In this document: in pieces, positions 8,669 through 16,648 of the stretch | Layout of the letters: each line of letters begins with the position of its first letter | How positions within the stretch are numbered: the stretch's first letter is position 1 | Origin: Ferroacidibacillus organovorans | Lineage (GTDB): Bacteria > Bacillota > Bacilli > Alicyclobacillales > SLC66 | Length of the DNA: 20,000 nt | Direction: 5' to 3' | Assembly (NCBI RefSeq): GCF_001642725.1 | Contig: NZ_LSUQ01000011.1 | Location: forward strand, 48,247 to 68,246 | Notes under the pieces: generated by a model | Database searches by the model: none | The model's input: the letters and a program-made list of their open reading frames with translations, nothing else | What the model was told of the DNA's origin: nothing | Position numbers and translations under genes: made by a program

Positions 8669-9538
8669 CTAATCATAGTGATCTATACCGGAATATACAT
8701 CAACACATCGGATTACTTCCTGACGAACACGATCCCAGTTGAGATCATTGTTATCTATGACTTTCTTTCGTAACGGAAGTTGTCTCAAAACTTTTCGCTC
8801 TATATGGGTACGCACTACGAGAAATTCCACAAGCCCATCAAAACCTGTCAGCCCGTGACTTAACCCGTAACCCTGTTTTGTAAAATACTGAGTTACACCC
8901 TCTTTCCACTCCGATGAACGTTTCTCAAACGCCCTGTTTAGCGTGACGCGTACATCGCCAGGATGGAAATAGATGAGCTGAGGAAACAGCGGTTTAATGA
9001 CGTTTGCCAACTCTAACACATAATTGATAATCGCTTCTTCTGGTGCATCATAGCGACCGAGCATCGCTGTGAGGGGGTTCTGAATGAAACAACATTCAAA
9101 AATGGTTATTTCGTCCCTTTGCAGTTGCGTCTGTACGAACTCACGCCATCTAGTCAGATGCACTTCGCAGTATCGCTCTAACGGCAATATGCCATCGTAA
9201 ATGTCATGCTGCATAACGTCTGCCAAAAGCTCGTCTGGAAGTACATCACCCATTTCACGTCTACACTTACCATATGGAATAAACTTATAAGCGCCCCTGT
9301 CCTCAGTCATCGACCGAATCAACGCTATAGATGCGGAGTGTTTCTGCAAAATCCTGTTGTATTCCTGAACAGTGAAACAGGCGACTTTATCGTAATCAGC
9401 AGGATGATCCAAATCTCCTTCAAGAAAGAGGCTTACCTTCACCCCTGATTCTATTAAATGATCATAGATAAACTGAGCCGTGGTGGTCTTTCCTAATCCC
9501 CATACGCCTTCAACGACGATCAGTTTACACTTTGTCAT
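8669..9538 (-). CDS. Hypothetical P-loop protein, nucleoside/nucleotide kinase-like N-terminus
   Basis: LIVVEGVWGLGKTT Walker A; GGAGG RBS before ATG 9538; intact 289 aa. Confidence 0.75.
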   Translation of the reverse strand: MTKCKLIVVEGVWGLGKTTTAQFIYDHLIESGVKVSLFLEGDLDHPADYDKVACFTVQEYNRILQKHSASIALIRSMTEDRGAYKFIPYGKCRREMGDVLPDELLADVMQHDIYDGILPLERYCEVHLTRWREFVQTQLQRDEITIFECCFIQNPLTAMLGRYDAPEEAIINYVLELANVIKPLFPQLIYFHPGDVRVTLNRAFEKRSSEWKEGVTQYFTKQGYGLSHGLTGFDGLVEFLVVRTHIERKVLRQLPLRKKVIDNNDLNWDRVRQEVIRCVDVYSGIDHYD

Positions 9539-9745
9539 TGGAATTGTTCCTCCGATTCGCATAAGGAAGCGTTTGGGGATCTGTATTTTTTCCTCATTAT
9601 AATTTTAAAATTAAAAAATTACTAGTCATGCATTTCTAAACATGTTGCTAAAAATTATAGTCCTGCCCGTTTTCTCGTTTGAAACAGATGTCTATTTGTG
9701 TTGAAGCAAGTGATTATTGTTTAGAACTGAGGAATTTATGGGGCT

Positions 9746-9792
9746 ATAACTCGCGCTCCAACCTCGCCACGCACTCCACATGTGTCGAGTGC
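9746..9792 (-). mobile_element. attR-like site: duplicated 3' end of rlmD
   Basis: Minus strand reads HSTHVECVARLEREL*; 14-bp ACGCACTCCACATG (9769-9782) is identical to 12751-12764 inside rlmD; GCACTC-N10-GAGTGC inverted repeat. Confidence 0.85.
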
Positions 9793-9816
9793 TTAATATT
9801 GACATGAAAAGAGCCA

Positions 9817-10000
9817 TCATTCGGCCCCCGAAGACAATTGGGTTTCAAATCGGTCATGGATAACAATTTCATTGTAGTCCTTAACTTCAACACACTCAAT
9901 CAAGCGGTGCAGTACGTCACAAAGCAATGATGGACTACCAGTTTCCATCGCGGACTAATTTAAATCCCTGTTGTAGATCCCTTTGCTATTGTGGGTGATG
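9817..10000 (-). pseudogene. C-terminal remnant of a large serine recombinase
   Basis: GIYNRDLN*SAMETGSPSLLCDVLHRLIECVEVKDYNEIVIHDRFETQLSSGAE* resembles the LIxxIEV...I.IHYRF tail of serine integrases; ends ~25 bp from the att copy. Confidence 0.65.
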
Positions 10001-10033
10001 TCTAACAAAAAAGTCTACTTCAATACCAATGAA

Positions 10034-10048
10034 GGGTGTCAGACACCC
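10034..10048. repeat. REP-like palindrome GGGTGTC-A-GACACCC
   Basis: Perfect 7-1-7 inverted repeat; partial copy GTCAGACAC at 12625-12633. Confidence 0.6.
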
Positions 10049-10057
10049 ATGGTGCCT

Positions 10058-10874
10058 TTACAGCAGCACACTCTCATTTAAAAATCGATTGTCCCTGACG
10101 ATTTTTCTTATCTTTTTTATCGTGTTTGCGTGTTTTGGAACTCCGACGATCCGGTCGAGCAGTAGCAACCTTATGCAGGCAAGCGCATCAAAGATCTCCA
10201 ACTCGTTTGTCGTTACGCGTATCTCATTTTGATAATTGTGCAAAAACGTCAGGCTTTTGCTCTCACTGGATCCCCAAATTGCCCATTCGTCCAGTCAATC
10301 ACCGTGTATCGTCCATTTTCTTCTACGATATTACCTAAATTAAAATCGCCGTGAATGATTCGGTCCATGTTCATATCTGCGGACGCAATGAGACGGATCA
10401 GTTCCTCTTTCATCGACGGAAACGCCTCAATCCCTGAATAGAAATACTCAACAAAATCACACCTAGCGAGCACATTACCTCCCAATTTCTCCGGATGCAG
10501 CCGATGAATGTCAGCTAGAAGAGAGGCGACTATCTTAAAATGTTCGGACTTACCTTCGTTAGTGCAGCGCCGTGATAACGGGTTAGCAGCACACTATCCC
10601 CGGTCCAGGTTCGCCCACAGGCAATCGGCACCGACACCTGAACTCTCTGAAGATGTAGAGCTTCCAAAAGCCGATATTGGCGTAGAATGTCGGGTTTAGA
10701 TCGTTTATTCCGCACCTTCAACACAAAATGCTCCTCCCCTTGCGTAATCTTAACCACATCTGCCTCAAGCCCCGGTGAAAGAGGGTTAAGCGTAAGTTCA
10801 GCACACGAAGTAATCAGGTTATCCAAAATTGGATTTGTTTCATGCCATTCAATACCCGCCAATGAGTGAGTCAC
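10058..10874 (-). pseudogene. Aminoglycoside phosphotransferase/choline kinase-like pseudogene split over three frames
   Basis: FVLK N-lobe, HGDFNLGN catalytic motif and IDW; frame breaks near 10550 and 10265; AAAGGA RBS. Confidence 0.85.
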
Positions 10875-11305
10875 GAGATTTTCCTTTCTCTTTTGCGTCT
10901 TGTTAAGTTTACTTGCCCACTAATGACATAATCCAAATAATTCCTTGATGTACACTTATGTCACGTGGTCAACAATTAAGGTATCAAACATACATATGTT
11001 ACAAATCTGTCAAAAACAATAATCTAGTAATCAGCACGACACAAAGGATGATGCTGAAATAAAAATTAATTCTCTGATGTATGAGCTAAAGCCCTGTTTT
11101 TCAAAAAAATCACCCAAACACTTGAGCAGCAATTGCAAAAAGCTGTCCGCTGTGTGGAGGTAGTTCATCTCCGTTTAAAAGCATGATTGGGGGTTGAGTA
11201 ACCATCTCAAATCCGCACCGAACCGATATTGATATAAATTGTGTTCGCTTTTAATGTGGTATCCTTTGGTCATAGACCGTGTCAATAAAGTGCGAGGAGA
11301 TAGAG

Positions 11306-11655
11306 GTGACCACCCAACGAGAAGGACACACTACGAGTACGAGGCCTGCGTCCAGACCCATGATACCTTCTTCGTTTTCATTCATGGACTGGTCGTATTT
11401 GCTGGATGAACTGAACCGCTTGATGGAGGCCTTGCATATCAAAAGTTTTTAAGTCGTTGCTCATAAATGACGAAGGGAACGGGAAGAACAATCCGTTGCA
11501 GCGATGAACAAACAGGGATTTTGATACAAGATTACTCTGGGCTCGCCCGCATGCTGAGGAAGGAACAGCAGGATGCTCTCATTGACTGGCGCGAATACCA
11601 GAAGCGAATGGAGCAACATCGGCAAAACGGGATCAAACACGCTTCCTTATACTAA
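11306..11655 (+). pseudogene. Possible degraded hypothetical gene
   Basis: GAGGAG RBS plus GTG 11306, 48 codons to a stop, then a 62-aa ORF in another frame; no recognisable family. Confidence 0.3.
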
Positions 11656-11813
11656 TCGACAGAGTCACTAAACAAACGGGCAAGTCATTCCCGATCACAG
11701 TCGAAACTTGTCGAGAGGCTCGTGAATTGTGACTGAGTCAACGTATTCTTTGCTTTCGTAGAAGCTACGTTGTACTGCTAGTTTTTCGGAGCTTTCTTAA
11801 AAACCACCTGACC

Positions 11814-12227
11814 TTAGCCGATACTAAATGTGCCAATAACAGTCTTTCCATTAACAGCATAAAGCGGGATTTTTCTAACGCTACCAGGTTTTCGGTCCAT
11901 TGCCACAGCCTCTGCTGGCGTCTTGGGCATTGGCAAGAATTCGTCTTGTTTTAGCACATAACCAATAATGGGGTGTCCATTAGCATCTACCCCTTGTGTC
12001 AAAATCAAATCCGGCTCTGTGGCTAGAGATGTTGAATACATATCAGAGCCATACGTTTGGCCATTCTGGTTTTTTGGAAAGTCGATCTTGTGTACTATGG
12101 GTAGGGAATTCGGATGAGGTATAAATAGAGATTTTGCAAAGCTGAAACCAGACATACTCACCGTTATCCCTAGGATGAGAACACCGCCAATGACTGTCGT
12201 GCGCCCCGCAAACGGTTTAAACCACAT
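11814..12227 (-). CDS. Small secreted or membrane-anchored hypothetical protein
   Basis: N-terminal signal/TM segment; FPKNQNGQTYGS, EPDLI, PKTPAEA, IPLYAVNGKTVIGTF; GGGGGAAG RBS. Confidence 0.8.
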   Translation of the reverse strand: MWFKPFAGRTTVIGGVLILGITVSMSGFSFAKSLFIPHPNSLPIVHKIDFPKNQNGQTYGSDMYSTSLATEPDLILTQGVDANGHPIIGYVLKQDEFLPMPKTPAEAVAMDRKPGSVRKIPLYAVNGKTVIGTFSIG

Positions 12228-12239
12228 TTTCTTCCCCCC

Positions 12240-12365
12240 TTAGTAAGCTAGACTCGGGCTCTGATAAGTCTGGAAAGTTGTATACCCGTTGCCGTTATAA
12301 GCAGCGGTTGCTCGGATAGAGTAGTAAGTACCATTATTGTATTCGTAAGGCGTATTCTGCCTCAT
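12240..12365 (-). pseudogene. Tyr/Asn-rich 41-aa ORF, likely the C-terminal remnant of the upstream partner gene
   Basis: MRQNTPYEYNNGTYYSIRATAAYNGNGYTTFQTYQSPSLAY*; AGGAGG 11 nt upstream; stop 12 nt before the next start. Confidence 0.55.
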
Positions 12366-12664
12366 TCCGCCGCACGCCTCCTATAAAAACTCCATTACTG
12401 TTACAGAAATTACTGCAGTGGCCTTATTACGTGTTTACTAGAATGTTCTGTCGAATCACAGTGATAGCTTACCATAACATAATTATCTTTTCATGTCGGA
12501 ATTTGTCGTTCGCCGAAATGTCATCATCGATCCTATCTCAGTTCACGAAAACTAGATCATTATACAATCAGTTTAATAGACATGTTAGCACTACAACATC
12601 ACGTCGCTCCTACTTCAATTGTAGGTCAGACACTTTCTTGAAGACGCCTCTTCCGGTGTAAACG

Positions 12665-12693
12665 GAAGGCTCGATCCAATAGGTCGAGCCTTC
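12665..12693 (-). terminator. Hairpin terminator after rlmD
   Basis: GAAGGCTCGA-N9-TCGAGCCTTC 10-bp stem; weak U-tract (CGTTT). Confidence 0.65.
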
Positions 12694-12725
12694 TCCTCTG
12701 CGTCGGCAATTCCCATCTCCGAATT

Positions 12726-14273
12726 TTAGTCCACTCTGTATGTTGACACGACGCACTCCACATGGCTCGTCTGCGGGAACATGTCCAACGGCTGTGCGAC
12801 ATCGACCGCATACCCGCGATCGGCGAGAATGCGCAGATCGCGCGCGAGTGTGGCCGGATTGCACGAGACATAGACGATCCGTGCGGGGGCCGCGTCACAG
12901 ATCGCATCAAGCACCCGCTTCTCGCAACCCGCGCGCGGCGGGTCGAGAAACACCACGTCCGGATGCTCATCCTCTGCCAAGCGTGACACGACATCTTGCG
13001 CATCGCCGAGCATCATCCTGACATGGTGCATGCCATTTCGCTCAATGTTCATCTGCGCGTCGCTCACCGCTTCCTCGACGATCTCAACACCAACCACCGA
13101 ATCGGCCTGTCGACCCGCCATCAGCGTGAGCGTGCCAATGCCTGCGTAGATATCCCACACACGCTGCGTCCCCGTGAGACCCGCCAAAGCGAGCGCCTCC
13201 GCGTAGAGCCGCTCCGCCTGTGCCGGATTGACCTGCATGAACGAGCGCGACGAGACGCCAAATGTCAGCCCCGCGATACGCTCTTCCATCTGCGGTTGCC
13301 CGAACATGACGCGCTCCGCCACACCGTCATCCGCAATCAAACCCACCACTTTGACGCGCTGTGCCTCAAGTTCATTCCGAAACAAACGCACATCTTCAGG
13401 CGAAAATACCACACCTGTCTCTACGAGCAACGCAATCAGCACCTCCGCCGACCCATTCGTGCGCACACGGACGTGGTGCACCCCTCGCCACGGCGAGAGC
13501 ATGGCAGTCGACGTCCCCGCCCCCTGCCCCGGCGAAGCTGCCAACGTGTCATCACCCCGCTCCGGCGAAGCTGCCAACGTGTCATCACCCCGCTCCGGCG
13601 AAGCTGCCGACAGATCAGCCCCGCGCACTGCCTCATCCACACGGCGCATCGCCCTAACGATGCGCAACACATGTTCCGGCACAATCGCACAATCATCCGT
13701 ATCCACAGGATCGTGGCTGCCTTCTTCCACAAAGCCCACGGCGAATCGACCGTCCTCGACCGAAACCGTCCACGTCACCTTGTTGCGATACTGCCACACG
13801 TTTGGCGACGGAATCACGTCGCGCACCCACGCGCGAACATCTTCCTTAGGAAACCTCCCGATTCGCTCAAGCGCATCCAAAACGGTCTGCTTCTTCATCC
13901 GCAGTTGCGCCTCTGCGCTCATGTGCTGCAGATTGCACCCGCCACACTCCGCGTACACCGAACAGCGCGGCAAGACGCGCTCCGCCGCCGCTTCCACCAC
14001 CTGCAACAGCACCGCCCGCGCAAACGACCGCTCCACACGCTCCATGCGTACTGTGACCCGCTCTCCGATCAGCGCGCCTGGCACAAACACCGTGAAGCCC
14101 TCGACACGCGCGACACCCTCACCCTGAAAGCCGAGTCGATCGATCACCACTTCATAGGTCTGCCCCAGACGCACCGGAACAGCGCGCGCCGGCGTTCGCT
14201 CCCGGCGTCCATCCACACTCGCACCAGGCGTTCGCTCCCGGCGTCCACCCGCGCGCCCACTCTCCCGCTCCAT
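12726..14273 (-). CDS. rlmD: 23S rRNA (uracil-C5)-methyltransferase RlmD/RlmCD
   Basis: TRAM domain, CSVYAECGGC Fe-S motif, SFMQVN, DPPRAG, YVSCNPATLARD, DMFPQTSHVECV. Confidence 0.96.
   Translation of the reverse strand: MERESGRAGGRRERTPGASVDGRRERTPARAVPVRLGQTYEVVIDRLGFQGEGVARVEGFTVFVPGALIGERVTVRMERVERSFARAVLLQVVEAAAERVLPRCSVYAECGGCNLQHMSAEAQLRMKKQTVLDALERIGRFPKEDVRAWVRDVIPSPNVWQYRNKVTWTVSVEDGRFAVGFVEEGSHDPVDTDDCAIVPEHVLRIVRAMRRVDEAVRGADLSAASPERGDDTLAASPERGDDTLAASPGQGAGTSTAMLSPWRGVHHVRVRTNGSAEVLIALLVETGVVFSPEDVRLFRNELEAQRVKVVGLIADDGVAERVMFGQPQMEERIAGLTFGVSSRSFMQVNPAQAERLYAEALALAGLTGTQRVWDIYAGIGTLTLMAGRQADSVVGVEIVEEAVSDAQMNIERNGMHHVRMMLGDAQDVVSRLAEDEHPDVVFLDPPRAGCEKRVLDAICDAAPARIVYVSCNPATLARDLRILADRGYAVDVAQPLDMFPQTSHVECVVSTYRVD
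13529..13608. repeat. 33-bp in-frame tandem repeat (about 2.4 copies) in rlmD
   Basis: CCGGCGAAGCTGCCAACGTGTCATCACCCCGCT at 13529 and 13562, partial at 13595; encodes AASPERGDDTL. Confidence 0.95.
14191..14247. repeat. 21-bp direct repeat with 36-bp period in the rlmD N-terminus
   Basis: GGCGTTCGCTCCCGGCGTCCA at 14191 and 14227; GRRERTP twice. Confidence 0.9.
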
Positions 14274-14288
14274 CCAAACGCACAGCCT

Positions 14289-15176
14289 TTACCCTGAGAT
14301 GACCTGCAAGTGTCCCTCTTTAATCGTCACCTTGTGCGGCAATCGACCGCCGTACTCCCCATCGATGTTGAGGTCGACTTCTTCCTGCGACGAAAGCTCG
14401 ATTCGCTTCGCGTGAAAATAAACCACCCGCTCATCCTGCGTGTGATCGCCCATCAATGCGGTTGACACCAAGCGGATCAGATCTCCGAGGTTACTCTGTT
14501 TCACAATCAGCACATCAAGCCAGCCGTCACTCACCGACGCCCGCGGCGCCACGCGCTCAAACCCGCCCACCGCGCGCGAGTTCGTGACAAGGCAGAGCAT
14601 CGCCGGTCCCTCAAACTGCTCCGTATCCGAAGTGATCTTCATCTCGATCGCACGCAACCCCGGCAGCCGCTCAAGCCCCTTCATGTAATACGCCAAGTGC
14701 CCGAGCATCGTCTTCATCTTGCTCGGCACCTCATAGGTAATCTCCGTCAATCGCCCAAACGCCGCGATGTTCACAAAGTAGCGGTCCTCTCCGACACAGC
14801 CGAGGTCAAGCGACCGAATCTGCCCCTGCGCAATGCACCGCGCCGCCTCTTCCACATGGCGAGGAATCTCAAGCGCGCGCGCCAGATCATTCGCCGTCCC
14901 TGACGGGATGATCCCGAGAATCGGTCGTGTCTCACTCGCCGCGAGACCGTTTACCACCTCATTGACCGTGCCGTCGCCACCGCACGCCACAACGACCTTA
15001 AACCCGTCATTGGCAGCGCGGAATGCCTCTTTCGTTGCGTCCCCTGGCCCTGTTGTGGCGTGACACGACGCCTCGTATCCCGCGCTCTCAAGGATCTGAA
15101 GGATCTGCGGGAGATGCTGACGAAACGCCTCTTTTCCTGCCGTCGGATTGTAGATCAATCGAATGCGCGGTCGCAT
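14289..15176 (-). CDS. dgkB: Diacylglycerol kinase (DgkB/YegS family)
   Basis: IYNPTAG, GGDGTVNEVVNG, PSGTANDLAR, NIDGE; position between gatB and rlmD as in Bacillus. Confidence 0.9.
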   Translation of the reverse strand: MRPRIRLIYNPTAGKEAFRQHLPQILQILESAGYEASCHATTGPGDATKEAFRAANDGFKVVVACGGDGTVNEVVNGLAASETRPILGIIPSGTANDLARALEIPRHVEEAARCIAQGQIRSLDLGCVGEDRYFVNIAAFGRLTEITYEVPSKMKTMLGHLAYYMKGLERLPGLRAIEMKITSDTEQFEGPAMLCLVTNSRAVGGFERVAPRASVSDGWLDVLIVKQSNLGDLIRLVSTALMGDHTQDERVVYFHAKRIELSSQEEVDLNIDGEYGGRLPHKVTIKEGHLQVISG

Positions 15177-15205
15177 GTCACACCTCCCACAAGATCAGCC
15201 TACGA

Positions 15206-16648
15206 CTAACGCGCCTCGCGAATCGCCTGAATCTGCTCGCCAATCAAGCGATTGACCACCTGCGGGTTAGCCTTTCCCTTTGTCGCCTTCATCACTTGCC
15301 CCACGAGCGACGCGATCGCCTTGTCCTTTCCCGCGAGCAGATCCTCCACCGACTTTGGATTCGCCGCGATCACCTGCGTCACAATTCCCGCGAGCTCACC
15401 CTCGTCCGAAATCTGCGCGAGCCCCTGCGCTGCGATGATTTTGCTTGGCGACTCACCGTACTCCATCACGTGTTTAAGCACATCTTTTGCGATCGCCGCA
15501 GAAATTCCGCCGCGTTTCAAGTTTTCGAGCAAATCCGCGAGAAGCGCACCTGTGAGTTTGGTGTCGCGCAGTTCAATCCCTTGCGCCTTCAAGTTTGCCA
15601 GCACATCGCCCATAATCCAATTGCTCACAAGCTTTGCGTCAAGCACCCGCTCCACAGCCTGCTCAAACAGATCCGCAATGTCGCGTGACGATGTCAGCAC
15701 GCCCGCGTCATACACCGGGAGCTGATAGTCCGCAATCCAGCGCGCCCGCCGGGCGTCTGGCAACTCCGGAATCTCACGGAGACGCTCTTCAATGTACGCA
15801 TCACTTAGAAACATCCGCGGTAGATCCGGGTCCGGAAAATAGCGATAGTCATGCGCATCTTCTTTGCTTCTCATCGGGCTTGTCAGTCCCGTCGCCTCAT
15901 CAAAACGCAGCGTAACCTGTTCGATTGTCTCACCCGCCAACAGCGCACGCGTTTGGCGCACCTGCTCGCTCTCAAGCCCGCGCTGCACATTGCGGAAACT
16001 GTTCATGTTTTTGATCTCAGTCTTTGTGCCAAACGCCGCCTGTCCTGCAGGGCGGAGCGAGAGGTTCGCGTCACAGCGAAGCGACCCTTCTTCCATCTTG
16101 CACTCTGAGACGAGACAATACTGCATGATCGCCTTGATGCCCTCAAGATAGAGCCGCGCCTCTTCTGGCGAGCGCAGGTCTGGCTCGCTGACGATCTCAA
16201 TCAGCGGAATCCCCACCCGGTTCAAATCGACCAAGGACACGTCGCCAAACGGCGAGTGGTTCAGTTTTCCCGCATCCTCTTCGAGATGAACCCGCGTGAT
16301 GCCAATCCGCTTCTTCTCGCCGTCTATTTCAATATCCAGGTAACCGTTTGTGCCGATCGGTTCATCATACTGCGAGATCTGATACGCCTTTGGACTGTCC
16401 GGATAAAAGTAGTTCTTGCGGTCAAACTTGCTCTCCTTTGGCACCTTGCAGTTGAGCGCGAGCGCCGCGCGCACCGCGAGCTTCAGCGCCTCCTCGTTGA
16501 GCACCGGAAGCACACCCGGGCTCCCCATGCAGACAGGGCAAACGCGCGCGTTCGGCGGCGCGCCAAATTCCACCGCGCAGCCGCAAAAAATCTTCGTTTT
16601 CGTGCCGAGTTCCACATGCACCTCAAGGCCGATGACCGTTTCAAACAC
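15206..16648 (-). CDS. gatB: Asp/Glu-tRNA amidotransferase subunit B
   Basis: [37 protein letters not shown]; true start GTG 16648 with AAGGGGG RBS, overlapping the gatA stop. Confidence 0.97.
   Translation of the reverse strand: MFETVIGLEVHVELGTKTKIFCGCAVEFGAPPNARVCPVCMGSPGVLPVLNEEALKLAVRAALALNCKVPKESKFDRKNYFYPDSPKAYQISQYDEPIGTNGYLDIEIDGEKKRIGITRVHLEEDAGKLNHSPFGDVSLVDLNRVGIPLIEIVSEPDLRSPEEARLYLEGIKAIMQYCLVSECKMEEGSLRCDANLSLRPAGQAAFGTKTEIKNMNSFRNVQRGLESEQVRQTRALLAGETIEQVTLRFDEATGLTSPMRSKEDAHDYRYFPDPDLPRMFLSDAYIEERLREIPELPDARRARWIADYQLPVYDAGVLTSSRDIADLFEQAVERVLDAKLVSNWIMGDVLANLKAQGIELRDTKLTGALLADLLENLKRGGISAAIAKDVLKHVMEYGESPSKIIAAQGLAQISDEGELAGIVTQVIAANPKSVEDLLAGKDKAIASLVGQVMKATKGKANPQVVNRLIGEQIQAIREAR

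Larger units (their letters stand above)
9769..12764. mobile_element. Decayed ~3-kb element integrated in the 3' end of rlmD
   Basis: Flanking 14-bp direct repeat, terminal recombinase remnant, visibly lower GC, pseudogene cargo. Confidence 0.75.

Noticed and set aside
7598..9538. Anti-phage defence system (2H phosphoesterase plus P-loop protein)
   Set aside because: Genes are separated by a pseudogene and a terminator; no known defence domain architecture recognised
10058..10874. Functional aminoglycoside resistance gene or programmed frameshift
   Set aside because: Two frame breaks, apparent loss of sequence after GDP, no slippery site seen; the fold alone does not imply resistance
12431..12864. 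76-aa plus and 84-aa minus ORFs around the rlmD end
   Set aside because: One overlaps rlmD and its terminator, the other lies in regulatory-looking AT-rich DNA; neither looks protein-like
13529..13608. 33-bp repeats as a CRISPR array
   Set aside because: Head-to-tail with no spacers, in frame inside rlmD, no cas genes
12996..14297. Long plus-strand ORFs (433 aa and 299 aa)
   Set aside because: Antisense shadows of GC-rich rlmD with no recognisable motifs
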